Notes: a model not told the origin generated them from the letters alone. A DNA stretch of 63,980 nucleotides, filler included, from Octopus bimaculoides (GCF_001194135.2; 8 parts of 7 records of this genome joined end to end with filler, not necessarily neighbours in it); one strand, 5' to 3'. Counted from the first letter of the whole stretch, positions 37,065 to 51,379 are shown. Numbers and translations: made by a program.

Positions 37065-37561
37065 TTTATATTTTACTGGTCTCGGTTATTAGACTGCTGT
37101 GAAGCTGGGGTAGCGTCTTGAAGAATTTTAGTTGAATGAACCGACCCCAGTACATTTTTTAAACCTAGTACTTCTAAGTTACGGAGACGTAAACATATCG
37201 ATACCGTTTCTCAAGTGGTGGGGTGCACAAACACAGACACAAAGACACACATTCACACACACATATATAGTTCAAATTTATAGAAAAACAAATGACGAAG
37301 ACCGGTGTATGAACAACAAGCACGTGTATTAGTTTGACCCTCAGGAAAATGAAAAAGTCTTTTACGTTTCGAGCCTACGCTCTTCAACAGAAAGAAATAA
37401 ACAGAGAGAGAGTGAAAAAAACTGTAGATTTAAAAGTCAAGCATGGCGACTGATTAGAAAAAAGTTTGAAAGAGGCTGGAAGAAAGGGATATAATAAAGT
37501 GATAGTGATCCCACATGAAGGTGCGCGCATGTGTGTGAGAATGGTGTGTGTGAATGTTTAA

Positions 37562-37595
<34 letters not shown>

Positions 37596-37730
37596 AGGGG
37601 CTAGTGGTGTGGGGTGGTGATGTAGGGTGGGGTAGGATAGGGGTAGGATGGGGTGTATACACACACACACGCACGCACGCACGCACGCGCACACACACAC
37701 ACACATACACACACACACACACACACACAT

Positions 37731-37781
<51 letters not shown>

Positions 37782-37865
37782 CGACGGGCTTATTTCAATT
37801 TTCTGCCTGCCAAATCCACTCACGAGGCTTTGGTCAACCCAAGATTATAGTAAAAGACCTTTGTT
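37065..37865 (-). mobile_element. SINE family C fragments (3' part 37065-37270, middle 37781-37865) with intervening repeats
   Basis: CCGACCCCAGTAC..CTAGTACTT..GGAGACGTAAAC..ACAAACACAGACACA and ACGACGGGCTT..CTGCCAAATCCACTCACGAGGCTTTGGTC. Confidence 0.6.
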
Positions 37866-39079
37866 GCTCGAACTTAGAGTTCGGGAAACAGTTTTCCCGT
37901 GTTTAATTTACAAATAAAATATATCGATTTCTTTCGGCCAAACAACAAATGCTATGGGTATGTATGCATCTATGACTGATTTTATGTTATACGTGTGTGG
38001 TTGTCTGTGTGTATGCATTTAATTTGGAATTCATACTTGAGTGCTTAATATTTTACTACCCAATCATGTGTCCTTTATTTCGATCCCATAACTCGATGAC
38101 ATTCTTTTCACGATAGCATTGACTAAAGCCAAACCTTCTGAGTAAAATTCTGAGAATGCCTGTAGAATGGTTTCTACCTGCTGCAACTCCAAGACTCTGC
38201 TTTGTCATTTTCATTGTTATACCGCTTTTGTATGAAGGCAACATTAAATGTGCATGTGTTGGAGAACGTTTACTCACGTGCACTGTAATACAATGAATAG
38301 GTGTTTCCGTTGAGCTAACAACCCTCGTTCGCCAAAATCAACAGGTTTTCCATTCAGTTCAATGTAGATGTATTTCACATTAAGTGTCATAATTATATTC
38401 TGGTCGAATCAATAGTATATCTTTCATCGGTCTAACAAATATTAAATTTTCATTCGACAATAACTTTGGAGTTACGAAGCAGCTGCCTAAAGGCGATTAG
38501 GTCAGTTTCCATCGAATCATCTTCTGAATTACTTTTCATTAATATTAAGTTACTAGATCACCTTTCCTACTTCTTTTCGACACCATATTTTATAGATCTC
38601 TCCTGAAAATATTTAACTTCACGCTTAAAATTTCAAAAGAAACAAAACTTTAACCTTCCTATGCTGGTCTACGTATTTTCTCAGTTCTTGTATATACTGA
38701 AAAACAAAATTTATTTCTTATAATCTGAAAGCAACTTATTACATACTTGTGGGCAATATTTTAAACTATCTCCCTAATTAGTGCATAATGCATCACTGGT
38801 TTTTATACCTTTTTTCGATATGAAACATAGGTATTGGCAAGCTATTCGTCTTTCTCTGCCAAATTCAATAGATATCCTTTCAGCGAGAGATAATTCTTTG
38901 TTTTCATAGTTCGATGTGTTTGTTAACTACCAGAATAAGTGCACCATAGTACAGTGCGGTCAGTTTATTCTGCAGCTTTGTCTGACTTTAAGCAGTTTTT
39001 TTTTCTTTGTAAATGGTAGGTACTACTTAATATCTACAAAAGTAAAAAAAAAAAAGATTATCATTTCTAAATTAGAAAC

Positions 39080-39830
39080 AAGGCCAACAATTTGAGAGAA
39101 GAGAACAGTTGCTTGTATTGACCGCTGTTCTTTATCTTTATTTTATCGATCTCAGGGCGGGTCAAAAGCATGATTCACTTTGGTGAGAATTGAAATCAGA
39201 ACCAGAAGAGCTGTAATAAATAATGGATTGTGCCATTCCGTTTCTTTAAAAATTGTTTCAAGTATTGGTAAAAAAGCAAATAATTTTAATGGCGGAAGTA
39301 TGTCGATCGCATCGACCCTAGTTTTTCAGCTGGCACTCCACTCATTTTATCGATCCTGAAAGGATGAAAGTAAAGTCGATTTCGGCTGAATTTGAACTTA
39401 AAGAGCTGAAAAGAAATGCTGCTAAGCATTTTGTTCGACGTGCATATGACTCTGCCAGCCGTCGTCTTCCTGGACCCTAAAAATAATTAAGATATTACAT
39501 TCAAACTGTAGTTTATTTACATTCTTTTCATATATGTTCAGAATTGACTATTTTAATCAAGTAGTTCAGTAATTCGGTGCCAACGTTCCATTGTCTTGCT
39601 GACGATCCAATTAACAATATGATGGGTTTTAGTTTAGACACAGGACCAACAGTTTTGAAGTGATGGGTATTAGTCGATATAATCAACCACAGTTCTTGAC
39701 TGGTACTTTGATATATCAAGTCCAAAAGTATGAAAGAAAAAGTTGGCCTTCTCGGAATTTGCGCCCAGAATGCAATGAATCAAAAACTACTGAATGGCAT
39801 ATTTGCCCAACACTTGACGAGTCTGCCAAT
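39080..39830 (-). mobile_element. Three degenerate SINE family A copies in tandem
   Basis: Core-like blocks at about 39120-39200, 39305-39460 and 39670-39825 (for example TTTTATCGATCCTGAAAGGATGAAAGTAAAGTCGATTTCGGCTGAATTTGAACT). Confidence 0.6.
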
Positions 39831-41364
39831 CCACTGCTCTTGGTTGGCAGCACAATTTTAAAATATCCATTGGCGCTAAGTCGTTAATTCTGAATAGCTT
39901 CATATTCGAGGCTGCTTTTCATCAATATTTATGGAATATGCCTAGTGTATATATCCTTTCGACATTGAAGGAGAAACTACCGTGTCATTATTATGACCTG
40001 TTTTTATTGATATATTGTCTACCCAGACGTTATGGTTCCGTTTCAGTATATCCGAGTAATCACTTTTCAAGATAGAAGGGGAAATAAGTTGTACGACTTA
40101 CATTACAGTAAATATTACCTTGTACTTATTTTCGGCAAATACCTGTGGAAAATGATGAAATCATATGTATTCAATAATGAAGGTATCAGTGAAGTATGAT
40201 CTAACTTTCTGTATTATTTTTGCGAGTATTTGCAAATTACTTTCGTGTAATATATACTACGATAAAAATTGTCTTCTTTTGCTTTCGCCTCCATCCTGAT
40301 AAGCTGACTGGTGCTCCACAATGAAGCTGTTGTCATCAACAAAATGTATTTTTTTTCTTCTAAATCTATCAACATATAAATAATGTGTCTATGACATCAA
40401 CATCATCACTTTGCTTCTCCTCGATTAACAGAGAGATATTATGTCTCTTCTGGTGTTACATAAATAATGTCTACCTAACGGATACTCATTGGTCGTTTCA
40501 ATCTAGTTATCTTGAAGTTATGTCAGTACATTTGGATTAATACCTCTATCTCGTTCTTGAATACTTTTAGTGGAGTTTACAGACTATTACAACTAAAAGC
40601 CGTTACAACTAAACTTTTACTCTGAAGGTAACTCGATGTTTTGATGCACCACCTCCTATCGAAGCAACAAACTAATCATGCGTTCTTTCCCCTTTTGCCT
40701 TCAATACAAAATGTCATCGAAGCTGTTTTTCCTCTCTTGAGGAGCCATAAATAAAGTTTTCAAAGGTCACATCCATTGGATATTTATGTATTTTGTGCAG
40801 CAGTAATTAACAGATATAAATTAACTCGATGACATTTCTAGATTCATCCTATTAAGGCAGCATTATCTTATATTTAATTTTATTTTGTGCTTCTGTGTTG
40901 TATCTACTTAAGCTTTAAGCATATTTTCAGTTTCATGTATTTCCTTGTACCACACTTTTTTTAAAAATAGTTTTCTAGTATTTATATTCTCTTCCTTCTC
41001 TTACGCCTTTCCCATATTGTTTCATCTCTCCGCTTTAACCAAACTGTTTCTAAAACAAAACATTTTAATCAATTTTCATTTCTATGCGAATGCACCGTCG
41101 TTGGTGTTCTGCGATTTGTAAAGATTTTGGGGGTATCGACAAATTTCCAAGAAACATGCTGAATGATTCCTATTGCTGTTGTTATTTATTGTGTTTCTTA
41201 GTCATTTCAGGTTGCTTGCTTTTGTGAGCGTGATTGCAGAGATGGGATATGTGTGTGTGTGTTCATATTGTAATCTAACAATCGTTTCTTGCCTTATCAG
41301 GTTTACAATAGAAAACAATCCCATTATTCAGAAACATTGTCCGTAAGGAGACATATTGTTTTAA

Positions 41365-41365
<1 letters not shown>

Positions 41366-41445
<80 letters not shown>
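41366..41445. repeat. (TG)n microsatellite
   Basis: Long perfect run. Confidence 0.95.
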
Positions 41446-43003
41446 CATGTGCGTGCGTATTGCGTGTGTGTCTGTGTGGGGGCGTATAGCGTGTGTATCT
41501 GTGTGTTTGTATGTGTTTACCTCCTGGAAAATTATTGTTAACCATTATATTAAGAAGCTGTTTTAAAAGAGAAGATTGAGGTAGAAAAAAATACCTTTAT
41601 TTGTTTACCTGATTACAAAATCCTATTACATGTAAAACCCAAACAATGAAAGAAAACGTTTTAGCCGGAATAAATCCTGCTTTACACATATTTTTCAGCT
41701 TTTTTGCATATAGTTTCAATCTAATTAAAATACTTATGATTATTGAATGAAATTTGCTTTTTGGTACTTGCTTGTGTATTCAATTGAATATTGTGATGAA
41801 GCATTTCATAAGAAATGTGTTTGCGTTATTCGTCTTCTTTTATTGTTGTTTCTTTTTATCTTTTCTTTATGCAGTCTTCTAGTTTTAATTCAAAGTAATG
41901 TTTAAAATAGAATTGTCAAGTGTTGGATCGTTACGGTTACGAGTATAAAACCTATTTTAGATTTCACCAAGTTCACAAAATATATGAAAACTATTCCTAC
42001 AAAATTCTTGTGACAAGATATTTTATAATTCCTTTTATTTATATATTTTATTAGCTTCCGCCAACAATAGGGAATGTTTCAATTTAGATTACATAACATC
42101 CAGGTTTCAAGATTTCTTTTTTTTACAATCAAAGAGGAATCCATACTAGTCAATTGTATCGACAGACAGCCATGAAACGCACATGAAAAAAAAAGACATT
42201 TACACTCAGATGTGTAAAGTGTGCTTGATAAAATGTAATTATATACAGTCGTCTCCTTGTTCCAGCCATTGGGTTGCAGTCATTCTATAGTAGTAACTTC
42301 AGACTGTTTGCCCAATATATTACTCTTGATACTCAGTTTTTAGAACAGCGTTTAGGGAATTGCTATGTTACAGAGACATAAAGTAAACAAAGAAGAAAAT
42401 TACACATACACGCACGTTCACAAGTGCGCACATATTGTAGAAGGTGCTTGGCACGTGATCTTAGTGTTGAGAGTTCAATTTCTTGACCGACCGATGCATT
42501 GTCTACTTGAGTAATGCTGTTCTAGTCTACTCAGCTGAAAATAATTTCTAGTCAATTGCTGGTTCAGTTGACTCGCCTTAAAGGTGTCACATGCGTATTG
42601 TCCCATTGGGTCAGGGATGGAAGGATCAAGATGGTGTATAAGTCTGCTGAAAATCATATAGGCACCGAAAAGACTAGCAGAATCATAGCATAAGCTGTAA
42701 GTTCATACTCGCTTCAGAGCGTCTGGTATTGTGTATACACATGTGCGCGTGCACACACATAAATATATGTATATCCATTTAACAACTTCCATAAGGTTAC
42801 AGCCGTTTCGCAGCCTTTTTCATGTGTGTAAGAAATTATGCGTACATGTTTTCATTAACATAAATACTCAGCATAATATTACACATTTATACATTGATAA
42901 ATTAATGCCATTAAAGAAAGCTAGTTCGGCGGAGGAACTTCCTGGAAAGAGGGACGATTCTCTGAATCCTCATCTTATAATACATACATGCATTATACAC
43001 ATT

Positions 43004-43143
<140 letters not shown>

Positions 43144-43217
43144 GATGTATGTATGTGTGTATGTGCATATATGTATATGTGTGTGTGTACATACATACAT
43201 ACATACATACATACATA

Positions 43218-45102
43218 CATCATAGCTGCACCCACGTTACACGAGAAAAGCCATTGCCAAAAAGACTTATTAAAATGATTCGTTATTGATGTCATGTGAT
43301 GCCCTTATATACCTTTTAAGCTCAGCCAAATTTTTACACATTTTATTACATACTGCACAATTGTGCTGGCTGGCAGGAGAAACAGATGCCACCATATGCA
43401 CTCTCTTAACGTGTCTTTTCAGACCTCCAGCTAAGAGGCACACTCTTCCACGTTTTACATGTGTTCTGTTATGAATTCTAATAGTCACATCACTGTTTAT
43501 CAAGGGTCAATTCCTGTGAGATTTATGATGGCTCACCAGGCATGCACGACTCAGACACCTCCGCCCACAAACCACACACAGAAAAAGCAACACTCTCTCG
43601 CTTTCCACAGGTTCCCTCCTTCTAAACCCCCTCCTAATTCTCACATATTTCACTCTCTCCCTCGCAAACCTTGAACAACCATCATACACTATCTTCCTCC
43701 ATCCATCACGGTCTTGTGCCTCTCTCTCCCAATTACCAGCTGCAATTCCTGTCTGTATTAGAGCATTTTAAGGCAATCCTTAAACCTTAGTTAAGGCTTG
43801 TGCACTGGTCTCCTGCCATCTTCCAGCTCGCCATACAATAGCTGCTTGGGCAGTTGCTCGTCACTCATCCTTACCAAATGTCCCACCACCTCAAACGTCT
43901 TTGCAAAATCATTGACTCTGTACTTCTACTGCCACTTCCCTCAAGCACCTCCACATTACTAATGGCCACTTTCCAGTTTATCCCCAAACTTTTTCTCAGA
44001 CAATATTGATGGTATCGTTCCACATGCTTACAGTAAACAACCCATGCCCCACTTCCATATAGCAAAGATGGCAGGACGCACGTGTTTTATACCTTAACTT
44101 TGATTTGCGAAGATATATTATGTTGTCTCCACAGACGCGTATCAAGCCTATCAAAAGCACTACTAGCCCTGCTGATTTTATATGAAATTTCATCATCAAG
44201 ACCAACAGTGCTCAAGGTACTTCCTAAATAAATAAATCTAGGCACAGTCTGCAACCTTTGCCCATTAACTGTTATAAAAGGTTCCACAGATATCTTGGAG
44301 GAAACAGGCTCGTACATTATAACAGTTTTTTTTTTTTAATTTATCGTTAGACCCAATGCTGCACATGCTGCAGAAATCACATTCACCATGTGCTGCATAT
44401 CTTTCTGGGAATGTGCCAACAGGTCACAATCAACTGCATACAGGAACTCAACGAGGTAAGAATGCAGAACTTTCGTTTTGGCACAAAGTCCCTGGAGATT
44501 GAAGAGATTTCCTACTGTCCTATATCTTATATAGACCCCTGTCAGTGCAATCTTCAAAAACTATTTGAAAGACTATTGCAAAATACATAGTAAACAATGT
44601 AGGAGCAGGAATATCACCTTGTTTTACACCATTTTCTACAGAAATTGGATCTAATACGGTAGCTTCAACGTTAACCCTCACTTCCATCTTGTCATTAAAT
44701 TGTGTCTAAGCATTCTTACAAAGTTTTAGGGCATCCTATCTTTTTCAGGATCTCCCAAAGTGCAATTTTGTTGATAGAATCAAACCCTTTTGTTGGATCA
44801 ATGAAAACCTGGTGTAAGTCCATATCCTGTTCGATGCACTTTTCTTGCAAACCATCTAGCTGAAAATATCATATCAATAGTACTCCTACTATCCCTAAAC
44901 CCACATTACGATTCTGGTAGAACCTTATCAGCAATATGCAGAAGCAATCTTTCCAGCAACAGCTAACAGACAGATGCCGCAATAATTATCACAGACAGCC
45001 TTTCCACCTTTAGATTTATATAGTATATCGATAGCTGCATTACGCCAATCCGGAGGAACCTTTTCACTATGCCAAACCCTCTGAATCACATCCATCAACA
45101 TT
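43218..45102 (-). mobile_element. RTE-clade LINE, 5'-truncated at the RT start, pseudogene with RT and about 3 C-terminal C2H2 fingers
   Basis: KVPPDWRNAAIDILYKSKG..CDNYCGICLLAVAGK, NGVKQGDIPAPTLF, EFLYAVDCDL (YADD-like), FIYLGSTLS, LYGSGAW, CVVCGRRCLSRACLVSHHKSH, GGLKRHVKRVH, CAVCNKMCKNLAELKRYIRASH. Ends in (TATG)n. Confidence 0.9.
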
Positions 45103-45469
45103 GTACATACATACATGGTGGTTGTCTACTCCTTAAACAGAGTTTGACCACCTCCTGCACCTACACCTTAGCCCTTTCATGGCGTCTGATGTGGCTTTTT
45201 AAACCAGACAGTGTTTTGAAAAAACACCCACACAGATTGCACCTCTGATTTGCACTACCAATACCTGCAAGTAAGTTCTGCTCATTGTGGATCCTAACAT
45301 GTCTTTTAAGACCCCCATTGGATTTGCAGACCCTCTGGCACACACCACATTCAAACGTGTGCACAGACATATAATCAGAATAGCTGGATGAGGTTTGTTT
45401 TCCATGGGCTCGCAGGTGAGATTTGAGGCCAGCCAAGGACAGACATGGTCTGTCACAGACTGTGCACAC
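45103..45469 (-). mobile_element. 3' end of a second RTE-like family with three C2H2 zinc fingers
   Basis: CTVCDRPCLSLAGLKSHLRAH / CGVCQRVCKSNGGLKRHVRIH / CNLCGCFFKTLSGLKSHIRRH, stop, short UTR GAGTAGACAACCACCAT and a (GTAT) tail. The first finger matches the RTE C-terminal finger seen at about 20720 and 43530. Confidence 0.75.
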
Positions 45470-46084
45470 NNNNNNNNNNNNNNNNNNNNNNNNNNNNNNN
45501 NNNNNNNNNNNNNTTAATTAATTAANNNNNNNNNNNNNNNNNNNNNNNNNNNNNNNNNNNNNNNNNNNNATATATATAATCGGTGTGCATTCAAGGCAAT
45601 CATTAGTAACATTACAAAACCGGTATGCTTTTGAATCTCTTTAACAATTCACAATAATGGCGTTTATTACTTTTATTCCTAACTCAATATATCTAATTGT
45701 ATATATCTATCGGTGCTTTCCATTAAAAAAGCCTTTAATTTTTTTGATTTCCACTCTGCATTTTCGCTTATTTTTCTTCTAACTCTCCCCTTACATTTCC
45801 ACGTATAGTTTCTATTTTGTTTTTGTAACATATTTCTATTATATACATATATATATATATATATGTGTGTGTGTCTGTGTGTGTGTGTGTGTGTGTAAGA
45901 GCACTATAACGTCTCTCTGATTCAAAATATTGGAGTATGAAACCAACCCAATGGAAACATCTTATACCTAATAATCAATATTAATTCACATGTCATATTC
46001 CTCTTACCAGTATTTCCCGCCCATCCTGCATGTAAAAAAAGAAATTCACAAAATTTTCCACCGTATTCGTCCCGTACAATATAT

Positions 46085-46215
46085 GATAGGAAGTTTGACG
46101 GAAGAGTGCATAGGCTGACCAAAATAATTTCATGGAATGTGAAGAAGTGACGTTTATTTTTCACTATATTCCCTCTAACAGTCCACACTACTCTTTATCA
46201 TCGGTGCAGTTTTTG
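46085..46215 (-). mobile_element. Mariner 3'-end remnant
   Basis: TIR-like GAAGAGTGCATAGGCTGACC (compare GAAAAGTTCATAGGCTGACT at about 33021) and TTTTTCACTATATTCCCTCTAACAGTCCACAC, the antisense of the C..GDYVEK-type terminus. Confidence 0.6.
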
Positions 46216-48993
46216 GATCCCTTCACTGAAGCTATGATCTATACCTGAAATGATATTAGAACTCGTATTCTAGAGAGATGGGCTGGAATCTTATCCGTTT
46301 ATCATTTTTTGTGAATACTGTGCGTAGAATATTGATTCATTTAGAATATGTGAAATAATTTCCCGGATAAATAATTTATTTACCAAGAAAGTTGAACGGA
46401 ATGATACAATGTAGATCCACCTGTAGTGAATATTCAGTAACAGTATTTGAACGAGAGGGATTTAGCGATTTGTAAATTCGTGAAGAAGAAATTGATCGAT
46501 AAACATATTCAGGAAAGATTATAAGGAGTATATAGGCACAACAACTGTGAATCTTAAAGTATATCTTCAGTTGAGCATTTGATGCTTTATAAGCCTTTTG
46601 AAAATCGTGACGATGATGGGCTGGGGGGATTCAATTATAGATAGGAAAGAGAAAGAAATCTGTTCATAACCATTTTGCGAAAGAGAAAAGAAATCAAAAT
46701 TGCTTGGCATTTGAAATGTGAAAAAATACCAAATTAAAAAGACAAAATAGAAAGCGGGTGGCCTTGGCGAGTGAGTACAAGCAGTGAAAATATAGTGAAT
46801 CAGTCAACTGCGCACAATCATAGAGCAGCGAGAATCGAAGCATCGAAAAATTCTTAGAAATGATAAAGTCTAAAAATTACAGCGTTGATCCTGTCATAAT
46901 GTTTGATGCCACAGCTTGGATAGCATCAAAAATCAATATATACGGAATAAGAGATGGAGAAATATCAGATTTGAAACTAGCAAAGGATCCATTCTACAAC
47001 TTCAATGAAAATGAATACTTTATTCCCCAAATATTACAAAGATGTCAAGTAACGGCGCTTGCTTTGTATTCTTATTCTTGATAAAATGCAACTCTCTTAG
47101 TAAAGGTTCAAAAATGGAATATTTAATACAAAACAATCGTTGGTATGGAGATTCAATATTTAAATTTTCAGTGCGTTTGTTACGTTAACTTTTTTTGCAA
47201 TACACGCATTTGAAGGAATTCTCAATTCTTTTGTATATGCTTTGTCATATCTGCATTGATATGTAAAATATATTCAAAACAATCTCAAGAAGTTTGATCC
47301 GATTTATAGAACTTATCTGTAACCATGAATTATAGAAAAGCGATTATCAAAAACTTTTGATCGATTTTTCCGACTATTCAAAACATAGTTTCAGTCACAA
47401 GGAAAAAATATATAACATATTTAGATTTTAGTAAGTTAGTATACTTAATTATCAACATAATCATACACGTATCTCCATATTAGACTTATGTTATTGCGAT
47501 ATCAAAGTTACTGAAGTACATTTAGTTGTCGATTAATCCGAAAATACCTTCATAGATCATCTTAATGGAGGAATCTTTTGGCAAAGTACACAATTACAAA
47601 ACTGAACGTGTAATGTATATGAGGAAGTCTGGAGATGTTTACCTGAAGCGAACATTTTTGCTGAAAGCCAACGTACAGTGCTGTGTACAAGATCTAATAT
47701 ATTACAATCCAATTACTGCTATTAAACATATTTCGATAAACGTAAGCAAACTTTATAGCATCTTTACAATTGAAGATTATATCGGAAGAAACAACGTCTT
47801 TTGAACAGACAAATACAGCATATCTTTACTGATTTTCTATATTGTTACGTTCAAGATTAACTCAAACATCTCAATTTAGAGAATCTTACGAATTTTATCA
47901 ACGATTGCCATACGTTTTAAATAGATTAACATGTATTTTTAAACATTTTCAGGAATTTTTTTTTTTTTTTTTGCAATTCATTGCTTGTGCTATTTCGATA
48001 AAATAATCAGTTAATTGCTCGAAGGTCGTTGTATTAATCAGTGAAACATTTGCTATAAAACTGATGACTGATAAATATTCTTTGGGGAAATGCTATTGGT
48101 GAACTTCCTTTAAAGAGATAGGCAAGCTCAGACACACAGTCATACAGAGAAGCGCACACATATGTAATTTCAGTTGTGTAAAGTAATATATGTTTACGTA
48201 CACATACGGAAAGAAATTTATATATGGGGTGGGGGGGATTCGGAATCCGGAATTTTGCTGAAGTTGTAGAAATTCTCTGACAACCTCTTCAGTCTCTTTC
48301 CGGAGATATGACAAGGAGACGAATTCTTCTGCCAAATATATGGCCTTCCAGCAGCAACCCGGAGATAGTTTTTATTAGTTTCATAATGCCGATTGAATTG
48401 AGCCTAACCGCAATTCAAATATATGGAGACGTATTCCAGCTTTTGCACACAGCAACAACGCCGGTTCAGTAGTCGCTTCTGCCAGTGAAGTTTTCATAGC
48501 CTATGTTGCAATCGCCTCTGTTAAGTCTTGCAACCATATATATCGTTCACAGAACATTGAGCATCAGGTATGATCTAAACATTTTCTTTCCGGTGCAAAT
48601 CCTCATGATACAGATAACTCTTTACCAGTATTCAGACGGCTACAATTCCTGCATTTCAGCTAACTTTCTTTCAACTCTAAATGTAATCAATCAATACCGT
48701 TGACTTATCCCTAATGCACCAACCATTTGTAGAATAAAATGGAACATCACAATCGTTCAATTTATTATGAAAACCCTGTATTTATGTGTGCATGTTTGGG
48801 CATATTGGAGCCCGCTTGATAACGGGAGCGCATTTCCTTCTGTAACTTTAAGGTTAGAAAAAAACACAGATATAAAAATTACCCTACTCACAAAAATATA
48901 TACTCTGTCGATTAGTTTGTTTACGTGGGTGCTCCAACATGTCCATAGTGACATGACTGAAATAAGCTCAAAAGAACAAGAGAAAGTGTAGAA

Positions 48994-49083
<90 letters not shown>

Positions 49084-49331
49084 ATATTATCAGAGATAAA
49101 AATCCAAATTTACAGGTAAAAACTCAATTCAATTCAATTCAATTTATTAAAAATTAAAGTTAAACTAAGTTTCGCAGTATAAACTATAGGTATAAATATA
49201 TAGTTTTAGGGAAAAGAACCAAGGTTCATGAACTCATCGATGAAAATCCACTGTCACATATAGAAAAATTAATAAAAATACAATAAATAAGTATAATACA
49301 AAGTAAATATCATAAGATAATGATAAGAAAA

Positions 49332-49439
49332 CGACTATACGTGTTTCATAACCAATTTTCAAATAGAAAGAATATTTAAATCGATTAAAACTATCTCGAA
49401 AATCAATTCTATTCAAAAATATAGCTAATCTTCAGATCA
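49332..49439 (-). ncRNA. Type I hammerhead ribozyme motif, long stem II, decayed (C-A mismatch in stem III)
   Basis: 5'-UGAU CUGAAGA [U UAGCUA U AUUUUUGAAUAGAA ... UUCUAUUUGAAAAU UGGUUA U; 81 nt] GAAAC ACGU AUA GUCG-3'. Confidence 0.7.
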
Positions 49440-50069
49440 AAATACAACAACAATAATAATAAAAGAATGTATATATCAACTAACAATATATAACAAATGA
49501 ATGTATATAACATACTTATTATATTAAGATAGAAAACTATTATTAAAAATATCAAAATTATAAACGTTCCAAATTAACTTTACGTTTATGATAATATACG
49601 CTAACAGGAATATTATATGCAAAAACTAATTTTAACGAATCTTTCGTTTAGAACACAATTTGAACGAAGTTTTAGATTAAAATAATAAAGATAGAAGTAG
49701 CACATATCTAAAGGATGTTATAGTTTAAACTAAAATATTTTAGACTAAGACGTTTATTTGAAAGAAGTCTCGTGAAAATATTGCGTAAAGAAAAAGAATA
49801 GAATAAATAGATATAAAAACATGAATGAAAACTTTATCATGAATGAAAGATTAAACTTTATATAACTTAAATCAAAATAAAACAATTAACTGTATTGTAT
49901 AATCAAAGACATTAATTACAAAGACTAGTTATTTATTTATATAAAGTTTAAGTCATCTGAAAATTAACCAGTTATTTAACAAGGCTTGAAAGTTGTGACT
50001 CCAACGTTGAAGATAGAATTCATTATATTTTCGATAGACTCCCACGCAAAGTACGTGACTTGTCGATTC

Positions 50070-50215
50070 AATGTATGTATGTACGTGTATATGTACGTAC
50101 GTACGTATGTATGCACACATGCATGTATGTGTGTATGTATGTATGTATGTATGTATGTATGCATGCATGTATGTATGTATGTATGTATGTATGCATGTAT
50201 CTATGTATGCATGCA
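50070..50215. repeat. (TATG)n/(TGCA) compound microsatellite
   Basis: Simple repeats. Confidence 0.9.
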
Positions 50216-51268
50216 AGGAAAATATACATAAATGCATTCTGCTATGTTTTTGTTCTAATTTATATATGTTTGAACAGGTATCGGTAATATTATGCGTATA
50301 TAATTTCTGTGAAACTTTTGTATTGACAATCATTTCCTTCGAAAATGCTTCGGAACGATTCTAATGTCGTTGGAACGCAACCCTCAATCACTTTACTGGC
50401 ACATCTGGGAATTCCTGTTTCAATTTACCTTTATGAATAAAAATGTATGTATTCTTAATCACAAATCCTACCTTAATTGTTTGAAAACTGAGGAATATAT
50501 GACGTGATAAATTTGAATTTTCCAATTCCATATTATATTCAAATGTCTTAAAGTTCATTATATGCACTCAGATAATTTATGTTTAACGACATATATTTTT
50601 CAGTTAAACTTTTCTCAAGTAAACGATATTTAAATAGACTTTCATTAAAAATAATGTTTAGCCACGTACTTATATCTGTTACCAATGAATTCCTTTCATA
50701 AAATATTCTCGTTTAATGAGGATCCAATAAATACTCTGACGATGCATAATGTTAAACATCGCTCTCCAATTCACATTTTAGTGTCGACCTTGATTCTTTA
50801 TATTCTTATTCTCTAAGTTAATGTACCCTCGTGCTTTATAAATTATTTACTTGTTCACATCAGATAGATATTTAACGAGGAAAAGAACGTTAACTAGCGA
50901 CAGATGATATAATTCTTTATTTAAAAATTCATGCAACAACATAAAATGTAGGTACTGGATGTGTTGCTTTCAATGCTATAAGAAACGTACCATACAAAGT
51001 TGCAGAAATCTGTTGGCAGCAGAGAAATTCAGCACAAATTTATTCAGTCATTTTTTTTTTATTTATTAGATATTCAAAGATTAACCATTCATGTATTTTA
51101 GGTTTCTTTTCAATTTCAGATTTGATCTGTTTGGCTTCTAAGAGTAATGTGTGTAACTAGTAGGCAAGCTTTCCCAGCTGATTGTGAAGAGACCGTTCTA
51201 TGTTCATTTAATCTCTACATAATGCAGTCACGTTTACCTACGCACAAACACACACTCAGAATTATATA

Positions 51269-51303
<35 letters not shown>

Positions 51304-51330
51304 NNNNNNNNNNNNNNNNNNNNNNNNNNN

Positions 51331-51379
<49 letters not shown>

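Noticed and set aside
37355-37395. Minus-strand TTGAAGA-GCGTAGGCTC-GAAACG hammerhead-like string
   Set aside because: The core starts with U instead of C, stem II is poor, and there is no NUH or stem I.
38822-38837. GAAAC-ATAG-GTA (also GAAAC-TTTT-GTA at about 50311)
   Set aside because: No upstream CUGANGA or stem II; chance matches.
45161-45469. Host C2H2 zinc-finger gene call
   Set aside because: No TGEKP linkers, the first finger is RTE-type, and it ends in a retroposon-like UTR and microsatellite tail. Treated as a LINE end.
48255-48300. Minus-strand CTGAAGA followed by a hairpin
   Set aside because: Followed by CAGCAAAA, not GAAA, with no cleavage triplet or stem I.
49165-49245. Minus-strand TCGATGA...GAAAC-TTA-GTT
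   Set aside because: Core mismatched and stems I and II do not pair convincingly.
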